Shown piece after piece: positions 28,781-38,763 of a stretch of 64,000 nucleotides of DNA. The translations under genes were made by a program, and so were the position numbers. Each line of letters opens with the position of its first letter. Position 1 is the first letter of the stretch. The stretch lies in the NCBI GenBank assembly GCA_023267595.1, contig JAHFNB010000002.1, positions 23,947 to 87,946 of the forward strand, read 5' to 3'. The stretch is from a bacterium (lineage in GTDB: Bacteria > Patescibacteriota > Minisyncoccia > Phycocordibacterales > UBA5272). The notes below the pieces were generated by a model. It saw only the letters and a program-made list of their open reading frames with translations. It did no database searches and had not been told where the DNA came from.

Positions 28781-30085
28781 ATGTATACCATCACTACTGG
28801 TGGGTCTACGGACTCACGCAATCGTTCTCGTTCGTCAGGTTCTCGTTTCTCTTCACCATCACGGTCTCGTTCATCATCTGAGAGGTTTTCTCGCGGTCAA
28901 TCACGAGGAGGTTCTCGAGGTGGTTTTTCTCGTGGAGGAGGGCGTCCTCTTAATCCAAAGCGTGGATTTAAAAAGGATTATATCGACGAAAAACTTTTTA
29001 TTAACAAAGAAGCAGGAGTTACAGAAACAGATCATTATAAACCGACTCACAAATTTACAGACTTCGGTATTGCTGAGATGTTATCTGCTAACTTAACTGC
29101 AAAAGGTCTCATTAGTCCATCTCCAATTCAAGACCAAGCCATTCCTGTGGTATTACAAGGAGGAGATGTTATCGGTATTGCAAGTACAGGTACAGGAAAG
29201 ACTGCTGCATTTCTTATTCCTCTTATCAATAAACTTGTGGCAAATAAAGACCACAAGATTATGGTTCTTACACCAACACGTGAACTTGCACAACAAGTAG
29301 AAGCAGAATTCGTCGCATTTACTCGTGGCATGAAATTATTCTCAGTATCATGTGTAGGTGGAGCACCAATTATGCGTCAAATTAAAGAACTTGAACTCGG
29401 TGTTCATGCTGTTATCGGCACACCAGGACGTGTCAAAGATCTTATTGAGCGTGGAAAGATAAATATGAATTATTTCGATAGTATTGTTCTTGATGAAGCA
29501 GATAGAATGCTTGATATGGGATTCATAGACGATATGCGTTCTATCTTAGGTGCAATGCCAAAGACAAAGCAAGGACTGTTTTTCTCTGCGACATTTTCAC
29601 CAGATATTAAACGTCTTTGTAGTGACTTCTTACAAAATCCAGTAACTGTTTCTGTAAAGTCACGTGACACTGCTGCATCTGTTATGCAAGATGTGGTTCG
29701 TGTTCAAGGAGATGGAGAAAAAATAGAAGCATTACATGGAATACTCCTTAAACCAGAATATGGAAAGGTACTTATTTTCCGAGAAATGAAGCGTCATGTG
29801 GATGGCCTTGCAGAAGAATTAAACAAGCGTGGATTCAAAGCGCTTGCATTACATGGTGATATGCATAATCGTGAACGTGAACGTGCGGTAAAAGCACTTG
29901 AAACAGGAAAGGTACAAGTAGTGATTGCAACTGACGTTGCAGCACGTGGACTTGATATCTCTGATATTTCACTTGTGATTAACTACGATATTCCAAATAA
30001 TTACGAAACATACATTCATCGTATTGGTCGTACAGGACGTGGAACAAAACTCGGTCACGCACTTACCTTTGTCCCAAAAAGATAA
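28781..30085 (+). CDS. DEAD-box ATP-dependent RNA helicase with N-terminal RS/RGG-rich extension
   Basis: Q-motif, Walker A ASTGTGKT, DEAD (VLDEADRMLDMGF), SAT, HRIGRTGR motifs. The first ~60 aa are Arg/Ser/Gly low complexity (SRSRSSGSRFSSPSRSRSS...RGGSRGGFSRGGGRP). Confidence 0.9.
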   Translation: MYTITTGGSTDSRNRSRSSGSRFSSPSRSRSSSERFSRGQSRGGSRGGFSRGGGRPLNPKRGFKKDYIDEKLFINKEAGVTETDHYKPTHKFTDFGIAEMLSANLTAKGLISPSPIQDQAIPVVLQGGDVIGIASTGTGKTAAFLIPLINKLVANKDHKIMVLTPTRELAQQVEAEFVAFTRGMKLFSVSCVGGAPIMRQIKELELGVHAVIGTPGRVKDLIERGKINMNYFDSIVLDEADRMLDMGFIDDMRSILGAMPKTKQGLFFSATFSPDIKRLCSDFLQNPVTVSVKSRDTAASVMQDVVRVQGDGEKIEALHGILLKPEYGKVLIFREMKRHVDGLAEELNKRGFKALALHGDMHNRERERAVKALETGKVQVVIATDVAARGLDISDISLVINYDIPNNYETYIHRIGRTGRGTKLGHALTFVPKR

Positions 30086-30104
30086 CTCTTTTGCAAAGAG
30101 AAAT

Positions 30105-30136
30105 AAAAAAAGTATGCCGTAGGCATACTTTTTTTA
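30105..30136 (+). terminator. Rho-independent terminator (aaaaaaAGTATGCC-gtag-GCATACTttttttt)
   Basis: 8-bp stem flanked by an A-run and a T-run after the helicase stop. Confidence 0.5.
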
Positions 30137-30224
30137 TTGACAAACTATGTTATTTATTATAGTTTAATATCAAACTTTCAGTATTCACTGTTAAGTATTA
30201 ATTCTTGTAAAAGGAGCGACAATA

Positions 30225-30659
30225 ATGGATATTTTGAATATTCTTCAAATTGTCTCGTCGTATGTTTGCAGTTTTGCTTTATTGGTAGCAACTCTCTTGA
30301 TCAATTACAAAGATCATGTGAAGGTTGAATCAAAACACCTATTCGGAAAAACAATATCTGCACTTCTTGTGGGTAGTGGTATCTACATTATCACAAGTTC
30401 TATAAGTAAGGTAGATATTCCTTACTTTAGTTATGTAGTATTGTTTGGAGTTTCGGTTTTTGCTGTATGGGTCTTGTGGTATGTGGTCCTTTATGGGTTG
30501 TATGTTGATTACTTTTTCTGTACACCCATTGGTCTGCGGTGTCATGCTTGGTATAAGAAAAAGTATGCACCGAAAACAGTATGGGATTGTATATTTCCTA
30601 AGAAGCATAACCCATGGTATCGTTTTCATCGCTGGTTCCTTGGTATTTTTTTAGGATAA
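30225..30659 (+). CDS. Hypothetical membrane protein
   Basis: 144 aa with several hydrophobic segments. Confidence 0.4.
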   Translation: MDILNILQIVSSYVCSFALLVATLLINYKDHVKVESKHLFGKTISALLVGSGIYIITSSISKVDIPYFSYVVLFGVSVFAVWVLWYVVLYGLYVDYFFCTPIGLRCHAWYKKKYAPKTVWDCIFPKKHNPWYRFHRWFLGIFLG

Positions 30660-30678
30660 TAAATATTAATTTTTATAA

Positions 30679-30704
30679 AGTCTCCGTCACGCGGAGACTT
30701 TTTT
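30679..30704 (+). terminator. Rho-independent terminator (AGTCTCCG-tcacg-CGGAGACTttttt)
   Basis: Stem plus T-run after the 30225-30659 ORF. Confidence 0.5.
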
Positions 30705-30808
30705 GCATCTTGTTGTTTATTAAGTTATAGTTATTACATATCAGAAATCAGTATTGATAGATAATGTTACGCATTTATATTTAACTTAAAAACATATAAC
30801 TAATAACT

Positions 30809-31354
30809 ATGAGTCATTTAACAGAAGGAAATAAAGTTCCACAAGTAATATTTAAAACACGTGTTCGTGATGAATCAGTTGCAGGGGATAATCCATTTCG
30901 TTGGCAAGACCTTACAACAGATGATATTTTTAAGGGAAAGAAAGTGGTAGTCTTTTCACTTCCAGGAGCCTTTACTCCGACATGCTCTTCAACACATGCT
31001 CCAGGATATGAAGAAAAATATGATGAGTTTAAGAAATTAGGAGTAGACGAAATAATTTGTCTATCAGTCAATGATGCATTTGTTATGTATAATTGGAAAA
31101 AGAACTTGAAGATTGAGAAAGTTTTCATGTTACCGGATGGGAATGCTGATTTTACTCGGGCTATGGGAATGCTCGTTAAGAAAGAAAATCTAGGTTTTGG
31201 TGAACGTTCATGGAGATATTCTATGTATGTTGATGATGGTATTATCAAAAAGATGTTTATAGAACCAGGAATGTCTGATAATTATGCATCAGATCCATTT
31301 GAAGTTAGTGATGCAGATACAATGCTTAACTATTTGAAAATGTCAGGAAAATAA
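30809..31354 (+). CDS. Peroxiredoxin (Prx5-like, AhpC/TSA superfamily)
   Basis: [21 protein letters not shown] peroxidatic-Cys motif typical of type 5 peroxiredoxins. Confidence 0.85.
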   Translation: MSHLTEGNKVPQVIFKTRVRDESVAGDNPFRWQDLTTDDIFKGKKVVVFSLPGAFTPTCSSTHAPGYEEKYDEFKKLGVDEIICLSVNDAFVMYNWKKNLKIEKVFMLPDGNADFTRAMGMLVKKENLGFGERSWRYSMYVDDGIIKKMFIEPGMSDNYASDPFEVSDADTMLNYLKMSGK

Positions 31355-31361
31355 GAGCACT

Positions 31362-31760
31362 ATGAAGCAAATTTTATCAAAAATAAATTATTGGAATCTT
31401 GGTGTTGGTATGTTATTTGGGTTTATATTTGGAGTATGTCTTGTCTCATTTCTTGTACCATCAGGATTGGATATGATTCGTGTGTATCATATGGAGCAGT
31501 ATAGAGATTATAAAAATGGTACTATGATGATGAATCATACATCATCTAGTATTGGTAACAAGTATATGATGGGTACAGTTACATCTGAGAAGCAATTCGT
31601 AGAAGATATGATAGAACATCATGAGGCAGCAGTGATTATGGCAAAGCAGGTTCTTATGCTTAACCCACGGGCAGATATAAAAGCATTAGCAGAAGATATC
31701 ATTACTGCTCAAACAGGGGAAATAAAAATGATGAAAGGTTGGCTTATCAATTGGAAATAA
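31362..31760 (+). CDS. DUF305 family protein (ferritin-like four-helix fold)
   Basis: N-terminal TM/signal; HHEAAVIMAK and KALAEDIITAQTGEI...M motifs resemble DUF305. Confidence 0.5.
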   Translation: MKQILSKINYWNLGVGMLFGFIFGVCLVSFLVPSGLDMIRVYHMEQYRDYKNGTMMMNHTSSSIGNKYMMGTVTSEKQFVEDMIEHHEAAVIMAKQVLMLNPRADIKALAEDIITAQTGEIKMMKGWLINWK

Positions 31761-31772
31761 CTGGATACAATT

Positions 31773-32495
31773 ATGAAACATGCATTAAATATCACAAATC
31801 TTCGTAAAACCTACGAAGGAGGAAAGCAAGCCCTTAAGGGTGTAGACCTACTTATAGAAGAAGGTGAATTTTTTGCATTACTTGGTCCAAATGGTGCAGG
31901 GAAGACAACACTCATTAGTATTACTTGTGGACTTGTACAAAAAAATCCAGAAGATGGAAAAGTATTTGTACAAGGACATAATATTGATACAGATGGTGAT
32001 AATGCAAAAGTAAATATTGGTCTAGTACCTCAGGAATTTAACGCAGACATTTTTACAAAAGTTGAAGATATTCTCTATATTCAAGCAGGGTATTATGGTA
32101 TTTCTCGTAAGGAAGCAAAAGAACAAGTTGAGATGCTCTTAGAAAAATTATCTTTGAAAGAAAAAAGAAAAAGTACACCAATGGAATTATCTGGTGGAAT
32201 GAAACGACGTCTTTTAATTGCACGGGCACTTGTACATAAACCAACTTTTCTTTTCTTAGATGAACCAACTGCAGGAATTGATGTAGAACTTCGTCATGAG
32301 ATGTGGAAGTTTTTACAAGAGTTAAATAAAAGTGGGGTAACTATTGTCCTTACTACACACTATTTAGAAGAAGCAGAAAAATTATGCAAACGTATTGCTA
32401 TTATTGCGCACGGTGAAATAAAACGTCTCGGTACTATGGAAGAAGTGTGTAATGGTCGGAAATTAGAGGAAGTATACTTAGAAATAACCAAATAA
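31773..32495 (+). CDS. ABC transporter ATP-binding protein
   Basis: Walker A GPNGAGKTT, signature LSGGMKRRL, Walker B LFLDEPTAGID. Confidence 0.9.
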   Translation: MKHALNITNLRKTYEGGKQALKGVDLLIEEGEFFALLGPNGAGKTTLISITCGLVQKNPEDGKVFVQGHNIDTDGDNAKVNIGLVPQEFNADIFTKVEDILYIQAGYYGISRKEAKEQVEMLLEKLSLKEKRKSTPMELSGGMKRRLLIARALVHKPTFLFLDEPTAGIDVELRHEMWKFLQELNKSGVTIVLTTHYLEEAEKLCKRIAIIAHGEIKRLGTMEEVCNGRKLEEVYLEITK

Positions 32496-32500
32496 CTACT

Positions 32501-33274
32501 ATGACATTTCGCCAAAAATATATTGCATTCCTCACTATCTTTAATAAGGAAGTTATAAAATCAGTTCGTACTTGGAAGACTACTTTTTTACCTGCAATTA
32601 TTACAACAGTACTATACTTTCTTATTTTTGGAACATTTATTGGTTCTCAAATAAAGTCCATCGGTGGTGCGTCATATATGTCATTCATTGTTCCTGGCCT
32701 TGTGATGATGTCTATTTTTATGAATTCTTTTCAAAGTATGCTTTTTAAGTTTTATTTTTTGAAATTTCAAAAAACTATTCATGAAATTCTCATCTCTCCA
32801 ATGCCTGCATGGCTTGTGGTGTTCAGTTATATAGCATGTTCTGTATTTAACGGGGTTATTATAGGCACTCTTGTTTTTGCTAGTGCATATTTTTTCGAAA
32901 CGATTCCTGTGGCACATCCATTTCTTGCATTATTAATTGTACTTTTAGTTGCAACTTTTTTTGCATTACTCGGTCTTATCAATGCTGTCTATGCAAAGAC
33001 ATTTGAGGATATGAGTATAGCCCAGACTTTTGTACTTACGCCACTTACATACTTAGGAGGAATTTTTTATTCTATTACATTACTTCCAAGTATTTGGCAA
33101 ACAGTATCTCACTTTAACCCAATACTTTATATGATAAATGCATTTAGATATAGCATACTTGGGTTTTCTGATATCTCGCTCATGACTTGTTTATTAGTAA
33201 TCTTAGGAGGAATAGTTATTGCATTTTCTTGGGTATTATATCTCTTTAAAACAGGGCGTGGACTTAAAGCATAG
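32501..33274 (+). CDS. ABC-2 type transporter permease
   Basis: 257 aa with six hydrophobic segments, directly downstream of the ABC ATPase. Confidence 0.7.
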   Translation: MTFRQKYIAFLTIFNKEVIKSVRTWKTTFLPAIITTVLYFLIFGTFIGSQIKSIGGASYMSFIVPGLVMMSIFMNSFQSMLFKFYFLKFQKTIHEILISPMPAWLVVFSYIACSVFNGVIIGTLVFASAYFFETIPVAHPFLALLIVLLVATFFALLGLINAVYAKTFEDMSIAQTFVLTPLTYLGGIFYSITLLPSIWQTVSHFNPILYMINAFRYSILGFSDISLMTCLLVILGGIVIAFSWVLYLFKTGRGLKA

Positions 33275-33298
33275 TATGTTTGGTATACTTTTCCTTAT

Positions 33299-33892
33299 AT
33301 GGAAAAGAGAGACCAGATGAAACAGATACGAGATGAATTGCTTGATTTTAAGGTATCACCACTATATGTGTATAGAACAGAAAATAACTATTTCCCAGTT
33401 ATTGGCGAGGGATCACATGACGCAAGAATAGTTTTTATTGGTGAAGCACCAGGGGAGCAAGAAGCAAAAACAGCACGACCATTTTGCGGTAGATCAGGAA
33501 AACTACTTGATGAAATGCTCGTATCAATTAATCTAGATAGAGAAAAAGTTTATATCACTAATCTTGTAAAAGATCGCCCACAGAATAATCGTGACCCTAG
33601 TTTTGAAGAGATACAATTGTATGCTCCATTTCTTGATAGACAATTAGACATTATACGACCACGAGTTATTATTATGTTGGGGCGTCACAGTATGAATTAT
33701 TGTTTTGAAAAAGCAGGCATCAAAGAACAATTAGAACCAATAAGTAAAATACATGGGAAAGTTTTTAAAGGAAAATTATCATATGGTGAGGTGATATTAC
33801 TTCCGCTCTATCACCCAGCATATGCACTTTATAATCCGAATAATAAAGTTACCTTATTTGAAGACTTTAAACACGTACAACAATTTCTCTAG
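33299..33892 (+). CDS. Uracil-DNA glycosylase, family 4
   Basis: GEAPGEQE...PFCGRSGKLLDEML motif A, and motif B HPAYALYNP, of family 4 UDGs. Confidence 0.8.
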   Translation: MEKRDQMKQIRDELLDFKVSPLYVYRTENNYFPVIGEGSHDARIVFIGEAPGEQEAKTARPFCGRSGKLLDEMLVSINLDREKVYITNLVKDRPQNNRDPSFEEIQLYAPFLDRQLDIIRPRVIIMLGRHSMNYCFEKAGIKEQLEPISKIHGKVFKGKLSYGEVILLPLYHPAYALYNPNNKVTLFEDFKHVQQFL

Positions 33893-33894
33893 TA

Positions 33895-34479
33895 TTATTT
33901 TATTTTCTTGGCAGAGTATTCTATCTTTTTTAAAAATGTTTGGAAGTGATTTATTTTCTTTTCTCCTTGATAAATATCCAAATGCCCACAGATTTTTACG
34001 TCAATAACTTCTACTCCAGTAAATCCAAATACACACAGTTTCCAATATGAAAGAAGTGGCATAAAGATGAAATGGTAAAACCATGAAGCACCGCCATTAG
34101 TTACAAATATCTTTGCAGTTTTTCCTTTTAGTAATTTTTTTACTTTATGAGGACCAGTAAACTTGTAAGCAAATCCCATCCAAAAGGTAAGATCTGCCCA
34201 GTTTTTCATAATTGCCGGAGGAAGTCCCCACCAAATAGGATGTATAACAACGATTTCATGAGCCCAGGCTACTTGTTCTTGGAATTTCTTTTGTATCTTA
34301 GAAGGTTTAAATGTTCTAATATTTTCGAAGGTTAAGAGATCTACTGAATATTCTTTTGCATAGAGATCCACAATTTTTATATCATTATATTTTGATTTTT
34401 TTGCAACAGTATATGTCTGTGCAATCATATGTGTATGTCCAACAGATGATGGATGTGCAGTTACGATGAGTATATTCAT
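33895..34479 (-). CDS. Flavodoxin-like fold NAD(P)H dehydrogenase (FMN reductase family)
   Basis: N-terminus MNILIVTAHPSSVGHTH and the overall Flavodoxin_2 / NQO-like pattern. Confidence 0.65.
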   Translation of the reverse strand: MNILIVTAHPSSVGHTHMIAQTYTVAKKSKYNDIKIVDLYAKEYSVDLLTFENIRTFKPSKIQKKFQEQVAWAHEIVVIHPIWWGLPPAIMKNWADLTFWMGFAYKFTGPHKVKKLLKGKTAKIFVTNGGASWFYHFIFMPLLSYWKLCVFGFTGVEVIDVKICGHLDIYQGEKKINHFQTFLKKIEYSAKKIK

Positions 34480-34564
34480 GAGAACAGTATATAAGGACTA
34501 GGGATTAGGGACTAGTGGATACAAAATAACAAACCGGCTACGTGCGTGCCGGTTTGGGGTACTG

Positions 34565-35218
34565 TTACATCCATTTGTTGTCAAAAATGAAATGAACATC
34601 ACTTTTCCCATCTTCGCCAACTGTATGTTCTTCGCGTATTTCGAAATCTCGTGGAAGAGTGAGGTCACTGTCTGTTCGCACAAAGAAATAATTATTTTTG
34701 TTATTATGATTGATTTCACGCAAAATCCAGATCTCATCTAATGGTTGATTATTCCAATAGCGGTGATCTGTAAAAGAATGAATAATTGCATACCTTTTCC
34801 CTACACGCATAAATGGTGGTAGAGAAGAATGAGAAAGTCTATGGATTTTTTCAGGTATCCTATTTGCCATTACTTCCTTCATCCATCCAGTTCCTTCCGA
34901 AAAGAAAAATGCGGAAAGAAAAATTGAAAGAAAGAATATAGAAACAGAGTCCCCATATTCTTTAAAGAAGAAAGAGACAATAATCAGAGAAAGTATTGCA
35001 ATTACAATTATTGGTCTTGCAAAGCTTATCCAATGTTTACGTAGTTCTTCATCAGACATTTTTGTGTATTTTTCTGTAGCCATGAATCTCATGTAAGCAA
35101 GATACACTATGAAATATGGTGTTTTTGTCGGTTTCTCAAATGCAAGATAGAATAATCCAAGCCCCAAGAGAATTTTCCCCACAAAAGCCAAGATCTTGAT
35201 TTTTTTGCTAGTTTCCAT
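34565..35218 (-). CDS. Hypothetical polytopic membrane protein
   Basis: 217 aa with several hydrophobic helices; no domain recognised. Confidence 0.45.
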   Translation of the reverse strand: METSKKIKILAFVGKILLGLGLFYLAFEKPTKTPYFIVYLAYMRFMATEKYTKMSDEELRKHWISFARPIIVIAILSLIIVSFFFKEYGDSVSIFFLSIFLSAFFFSEGTGWMKEVMANRIPEKIHRLSHSSLPPFMRVGKRYAIIHSFTDHRYWNNQPLDEIWILREINHNNKNNYFFVRTDSDLTLPRDFEIREEHTVGEDGKSDVHFIFDNKWM

Positions 35219-35296
35219 CAGAATCCCCAGTTGGTTTATTTGTAAAGTTACAGTTCAAGTGTAACACTACCTCTTTTAAAGAGGGGTGTCAATTTA

Positions 35297-35327
35297 GAGG
35301 TCGGCAAGGCGAAGCCTTGCCGACCTC
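35297..35327 (+). promoter_or_regulatory. Hairpin in the rpoB leader (GAGGTCGGCAAGGC-gaa-GCCTTGCCGACCTC + gtatttt), possible attenuator/terminator
   Basis: 14-bp perfect GC-rich stem inside the ~300-nt non-coding rpoB upstream region. Confidence 0.35.
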
Positions 35328-35517
35328 GTATTTTCAGGGTTTATCTATTATCCACTATCCACCGCTAACTCTAGACTAATAGCCGTACCTATGATATAAT
35401 CGCCTGACTATTGACCACTGATTTAGTTTCGAGCGAGGACAATAAGAGTTGTAATAAAAGGGGAAATTATTAAGGATTCTTTATTTTTATAATAAGCCAA
35501 AGTAGGAAAGGCCTACT

Positions 35518-38500
35518 TTGGCGACATTTGTTGTTATGCCAAAAACACATTCACGCCCACAAAAGACATTTGCTAAGTATCGTGAACCACTTACTAAACT
35601 TCCTAACCTCGTCGAAAACCAAATCCTTTCATACAAAGACCTCACAGAAAAAGGAATTGTAGAAATTTTCCGAGAGTTCTCACCACTTCGTGATTATTCA
35701 GAAAAGAAGTTTGATCTTGAATTTATTTCATTTGAACTCTCTACTCCAAAGTATGATGAAGTGCATGCAAAAAATAATAAGTTAACATACGAAGCACCAT
35801 TACGTGCTCGTGTTAAGTTGACTAACAAAATCTTGAATACTGTTAAAGAACAGGAAATTTTCATGGCAGATTTTCCTTTAATGACAGTTCACGGAACATT
35901 TATCATAAACGGCGTAGAACGTGTTGTGGTTCCTCAACTCGCACGTTCTTTCGGAGTTTTCTTTGATTCAGAAGAATCAAAAGGAAAGAGATATTTTGGT
36001 GCAAAGATTATTCCTGCACGTGGTGTGTGGATAGAACTTGGTTCTGAGGCAGATGGAGGTATGTATGTACGAATCGATAAGAAGAGAAAGTTTTCTATTA
36101 TTGCACTTCTTCGTGTACTTGGTTTTTCAACTGATGATCAGATCAAAGCAGCCTTTAAAGATCATGATGTAGCAGGTCCACTTATGTCTGCACTTGTTGA
36201 TCGTGACGAAATAAAGACTATTCATGATGCATATATAGAAATATATAAACGTCTTCGTGATGGAGATCTTGCTACACCTGAGAATGCAAAAGAACATATT
36301 GATTCTATTATTTCTCCTGAACGATATGACTTATCTCCAGTTGGACGATTCCGTTTTAATAAACGTTTTGGTAAGTCAATTGATCCAAAAGATAAAGATG
36401 CATCACGTCGAACACTTTCAAAAGAAGATTTGGTAGATATCATTAATCATATTGTTGAATTAAACAATAATCCAAATGCACAAGAAGATGATATCGACCA
36501 CTTAGGATCTCGTCGTGTACGTTATGTTGGTGAGATGATGGCACAAAAGATTCGTACCGGTATGATGCAGATGAAGAGAAATATTCAAGATAAGATGTCA
36601 GTTATTGATACTGATACAACTCTTCCTATTGCCATTATCAATCAACGTCCTCTTCAAGCACGTATCAAAGAATTCTTTACGACAAACCAATTGTCACAGT
36701 TCATGAATCAGGAAAACCTTCTTGCAGAAGTAGAACACTTGAGAACTCTTTCTGCACTTGGTCCAGGAGGTCTCACTCGTGAACGAGCAGGATTTGAAGT
36801 GCGTGATGTGCACACATCACACTATGGTCGTGTATGTCCTATTCACACACCAGAAGGTCCAAACATTGGTCTTATTTTACGTCTTTCAAATTACGCACGT
36901 ATTAATGATTTCGGTATTATCGAAACACCATACGTAAAAATAAAAGAAGGAAAAATTACAAAAGAAATTGTCTATATGAATGCTCTTGAAGAAGAACGTC
37001 ATATTATTGCACATGCTGGAAATGAATACGGAGAGGATGGGAAATTAGTACAAGAAGAAATTGAAGTGAGAAAGGCTGGGCAACCAGGGCTTGCACTTCG
37101 TAATGAAGTAGAGTTTATTGATGTAGCAACAAATCAAGCATTTTCAGTTGCGACATCTATGATTCCATTCCTTGAACATGATGATGCGTCTCGCGCACTC
37201 ATGGGTTCAAACATGCAGAAACAAGCAGTGCCACTTATGTGTCCAGAGGCACCTCTTGTTGCAACAGGAATGGAAGGAGAAGCAGCAAAGCATATTGGGC
37301 GACTCATTATTGCAGAAGAAGCAGGTGAAGTTAAATATGTAGATGCAAAGAAAATTGTGGTAAAAGGTGAAAAGAAAGAACAAGAATATGCACTTATTAA
37401 CTTTGCACGAACAAACGCATTTAATCTTTTTCACCAAAGACCAATTGTCTCTCTTGGAGATAAAGTCAAGAAAGGACAAGTACTTGCGGATGCAGCAACA
37501 TCAGATAGAGGACAAATTGCTCTTGGTCATAATGTTCGTGTAGCCTTTATGTCATGGAATGGTGCGAACTATGAAGATGCCATTATTCTTTCAGAACGTC
37601 TTGTAAAAGAAAGTAAGTTTTCTTCTATTCACATTGAAGAATTTGTATGTAATGTACGTGATACAAAACTAGGTGCTGAAGTAACAACGCATGATATTCC
37701 AAATGTTGGAGAAAATAAACTTAAAAATCTTGATGAGGATGGAATTATTCGTATCGGAGCAGAAGTTCGTCCAGGAGATATATTAGTTGGAAAGATTACA
37801 CCAAAAGGTGAGACAGAACTTACTCCAGAAGAAAGACTTCTTCGTTCAATCTTTGGTGAAAAAGTTCGTGATGTAAAAGATTCATCACTTCGATTGGACC
37901 ATGGAAAGCGTGGACGTATTATTGGTGTAAAAGTTTTCTCACGTGAACGAGGAGATAATCTAGAATCAGGAATTATTAAGCGTATTCATATCGAAGTTGC
38001 ACAAGTTCGTAATATTTCTGTTGGTGACAAACTTGCAGGACGTCACGGAAACAAGGGTGTTATTTCAACAATTCTTCCTGTAGAAGAAATGCCATTTGAT
38101 AAAGATGGAACTCCAATTGATATTATTCTTACACCGCTTGGTGTGCCATCACGTATGAATTTGGGACAAATTTTGGAGATGCATCTTGGTCTTGCAGCAG
38201 ATACACTTGGTTACCAAGCAATCGTACCTTCATTCCAAGGAGCATCAGATAAAGAAATTAAAGAAGAACTTGTAAAAGCAGGACTCAATGAATCAGGAAC
38301 AGTACAACTCTATGATGGTCGTACAGGTGAGGCATTTAATCAAGAAACTGCAATTGGTGTGATGTATATTATGAAACTTCACCATATGGTGGAAGATAAG
38401 ATTCACATGCGATCAATCGGTCCTTACTCTCTTATTACACAACAACCACTCGGTGGAAAAGCACAAGGTGGAGGACAACGTTTCGGAGAAATGGAAGTAT

Positions 38501-38742
38501 GGGCACTTGAGGGTTATGGAGCATCACATATTTTGCGTGAAATGTTAACCGTAAAGTCTGACGATATCGTAGGACGTTCATCAGCATTCGATAGTATCAT
38601 CAAGGGTGAAGATGTAAAGGAACCAAACACTCCTGCATCATTTACAGTGATGTTAAATACATTACGAGGATTATCATTGGATGTTATCCCGCGTGAGAGA
38701 AAGTCGACTGACGCGCCAGTATTAGGAGAATCATCTCTATAA
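35518..38742 (+). CDS. rpoB: DNA-directed RNA polymerase subunit beta
   Basis: 1074 aa with conserved beta-subunit blocks (rifampicin-region GSSQLSQFMDQ-like QLSQFMNQEN, NADFDGDQ-partner regions). TTG start at 35518, or the ATG 18 nt downstream. Confidence 0.97.
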   Translation: MATFVVMPKTHSRPQKTFAKYREPLTKLPNLVENQILSYKDLTEKGIVEIFREFSPLRDYSEKKFDLEFISFELSTPKYDEVHAKNNKLTYEAPLRARVKLTNKILNTVKEQEIFMADFPLMTVHGTFIINGVERVVVPQLARSFGVFFDSEESKGKRYFGAKIIPARGVWIELGSEADGGMYVRIDKKRKFSIIALLRVLGFSTDDQIKAAFKDHDVAGPLMSALVDRDEIKTIHDAYIEIYKRLRDGDLATPENAKEHIDSIISPERYDLSPVGRFRFNKRFGKSIDPKDKDASRRTLSKEDLVDIINHIVELNNNPNAQEDDIDHLGSRRVRYVGEMMAQKIRTGMMQMKRNIQDKMSVIDTDTTLPIAIINQRPLQARIKEFFTTNQLSQFMNQENLLAEVEHLRTLSALGPGGLTRERAGFEVRDVHTSHYGRVCPIHTPEGPNIGLILRLSNYARINDFGIIETPYVKIKEGKITKEIVYMNALEEERHIIAHAGNEYGEDGKLVQEEIEVRKAGQPGLALRNEVEFIDVATNQAFSVATSMIPFLEHDDASRALMGSNMQKQAVPLMCPEAPLVATGMEGEAAKHIGRLIIAEEAGEVKYVDAKKIVVKGEKKEQEYALINFARTNAFNLFHQRPIVSLGDKVKKGQVLADAATSDRGQIALGHNVRVAFMSWNGANYEDAIILSERLVKESKFSSIHIEEFVCNVRDTKLGAEVTTHDIPNVGENKLKNLDEDGIIRIGAEVRPGDILVGKITPKGETELTPEERLLRSIFGEKVRDVKDSSLRLDHGKRGRIIGVKVFSRERGDNLESGIIKRIHIEVAQVRNISVGDKLAGRHGNKGVISTILPVEEMPFDKDGTPIDIILTPLGVPSRMNLGQILEMHLGLAADTLGYQAIVPSFQGASDKEIKEELVKAGLNESGTVQLYDGRTGEAFNQETAIGVMYIMKLHHMVEDKIHMRSIGPYSLITQQPLGGKAQGGGQRFGEMEVWALEGYGASHILREMLTVKSDDIVGRSSAFDSIIKGEDVKEPNTPASFTVMLNTLRGLSLDVIPRERKSTDAPVLGESSL

Positions 38743-38763
38743 TTTGTAACTTAAAAAAACACT

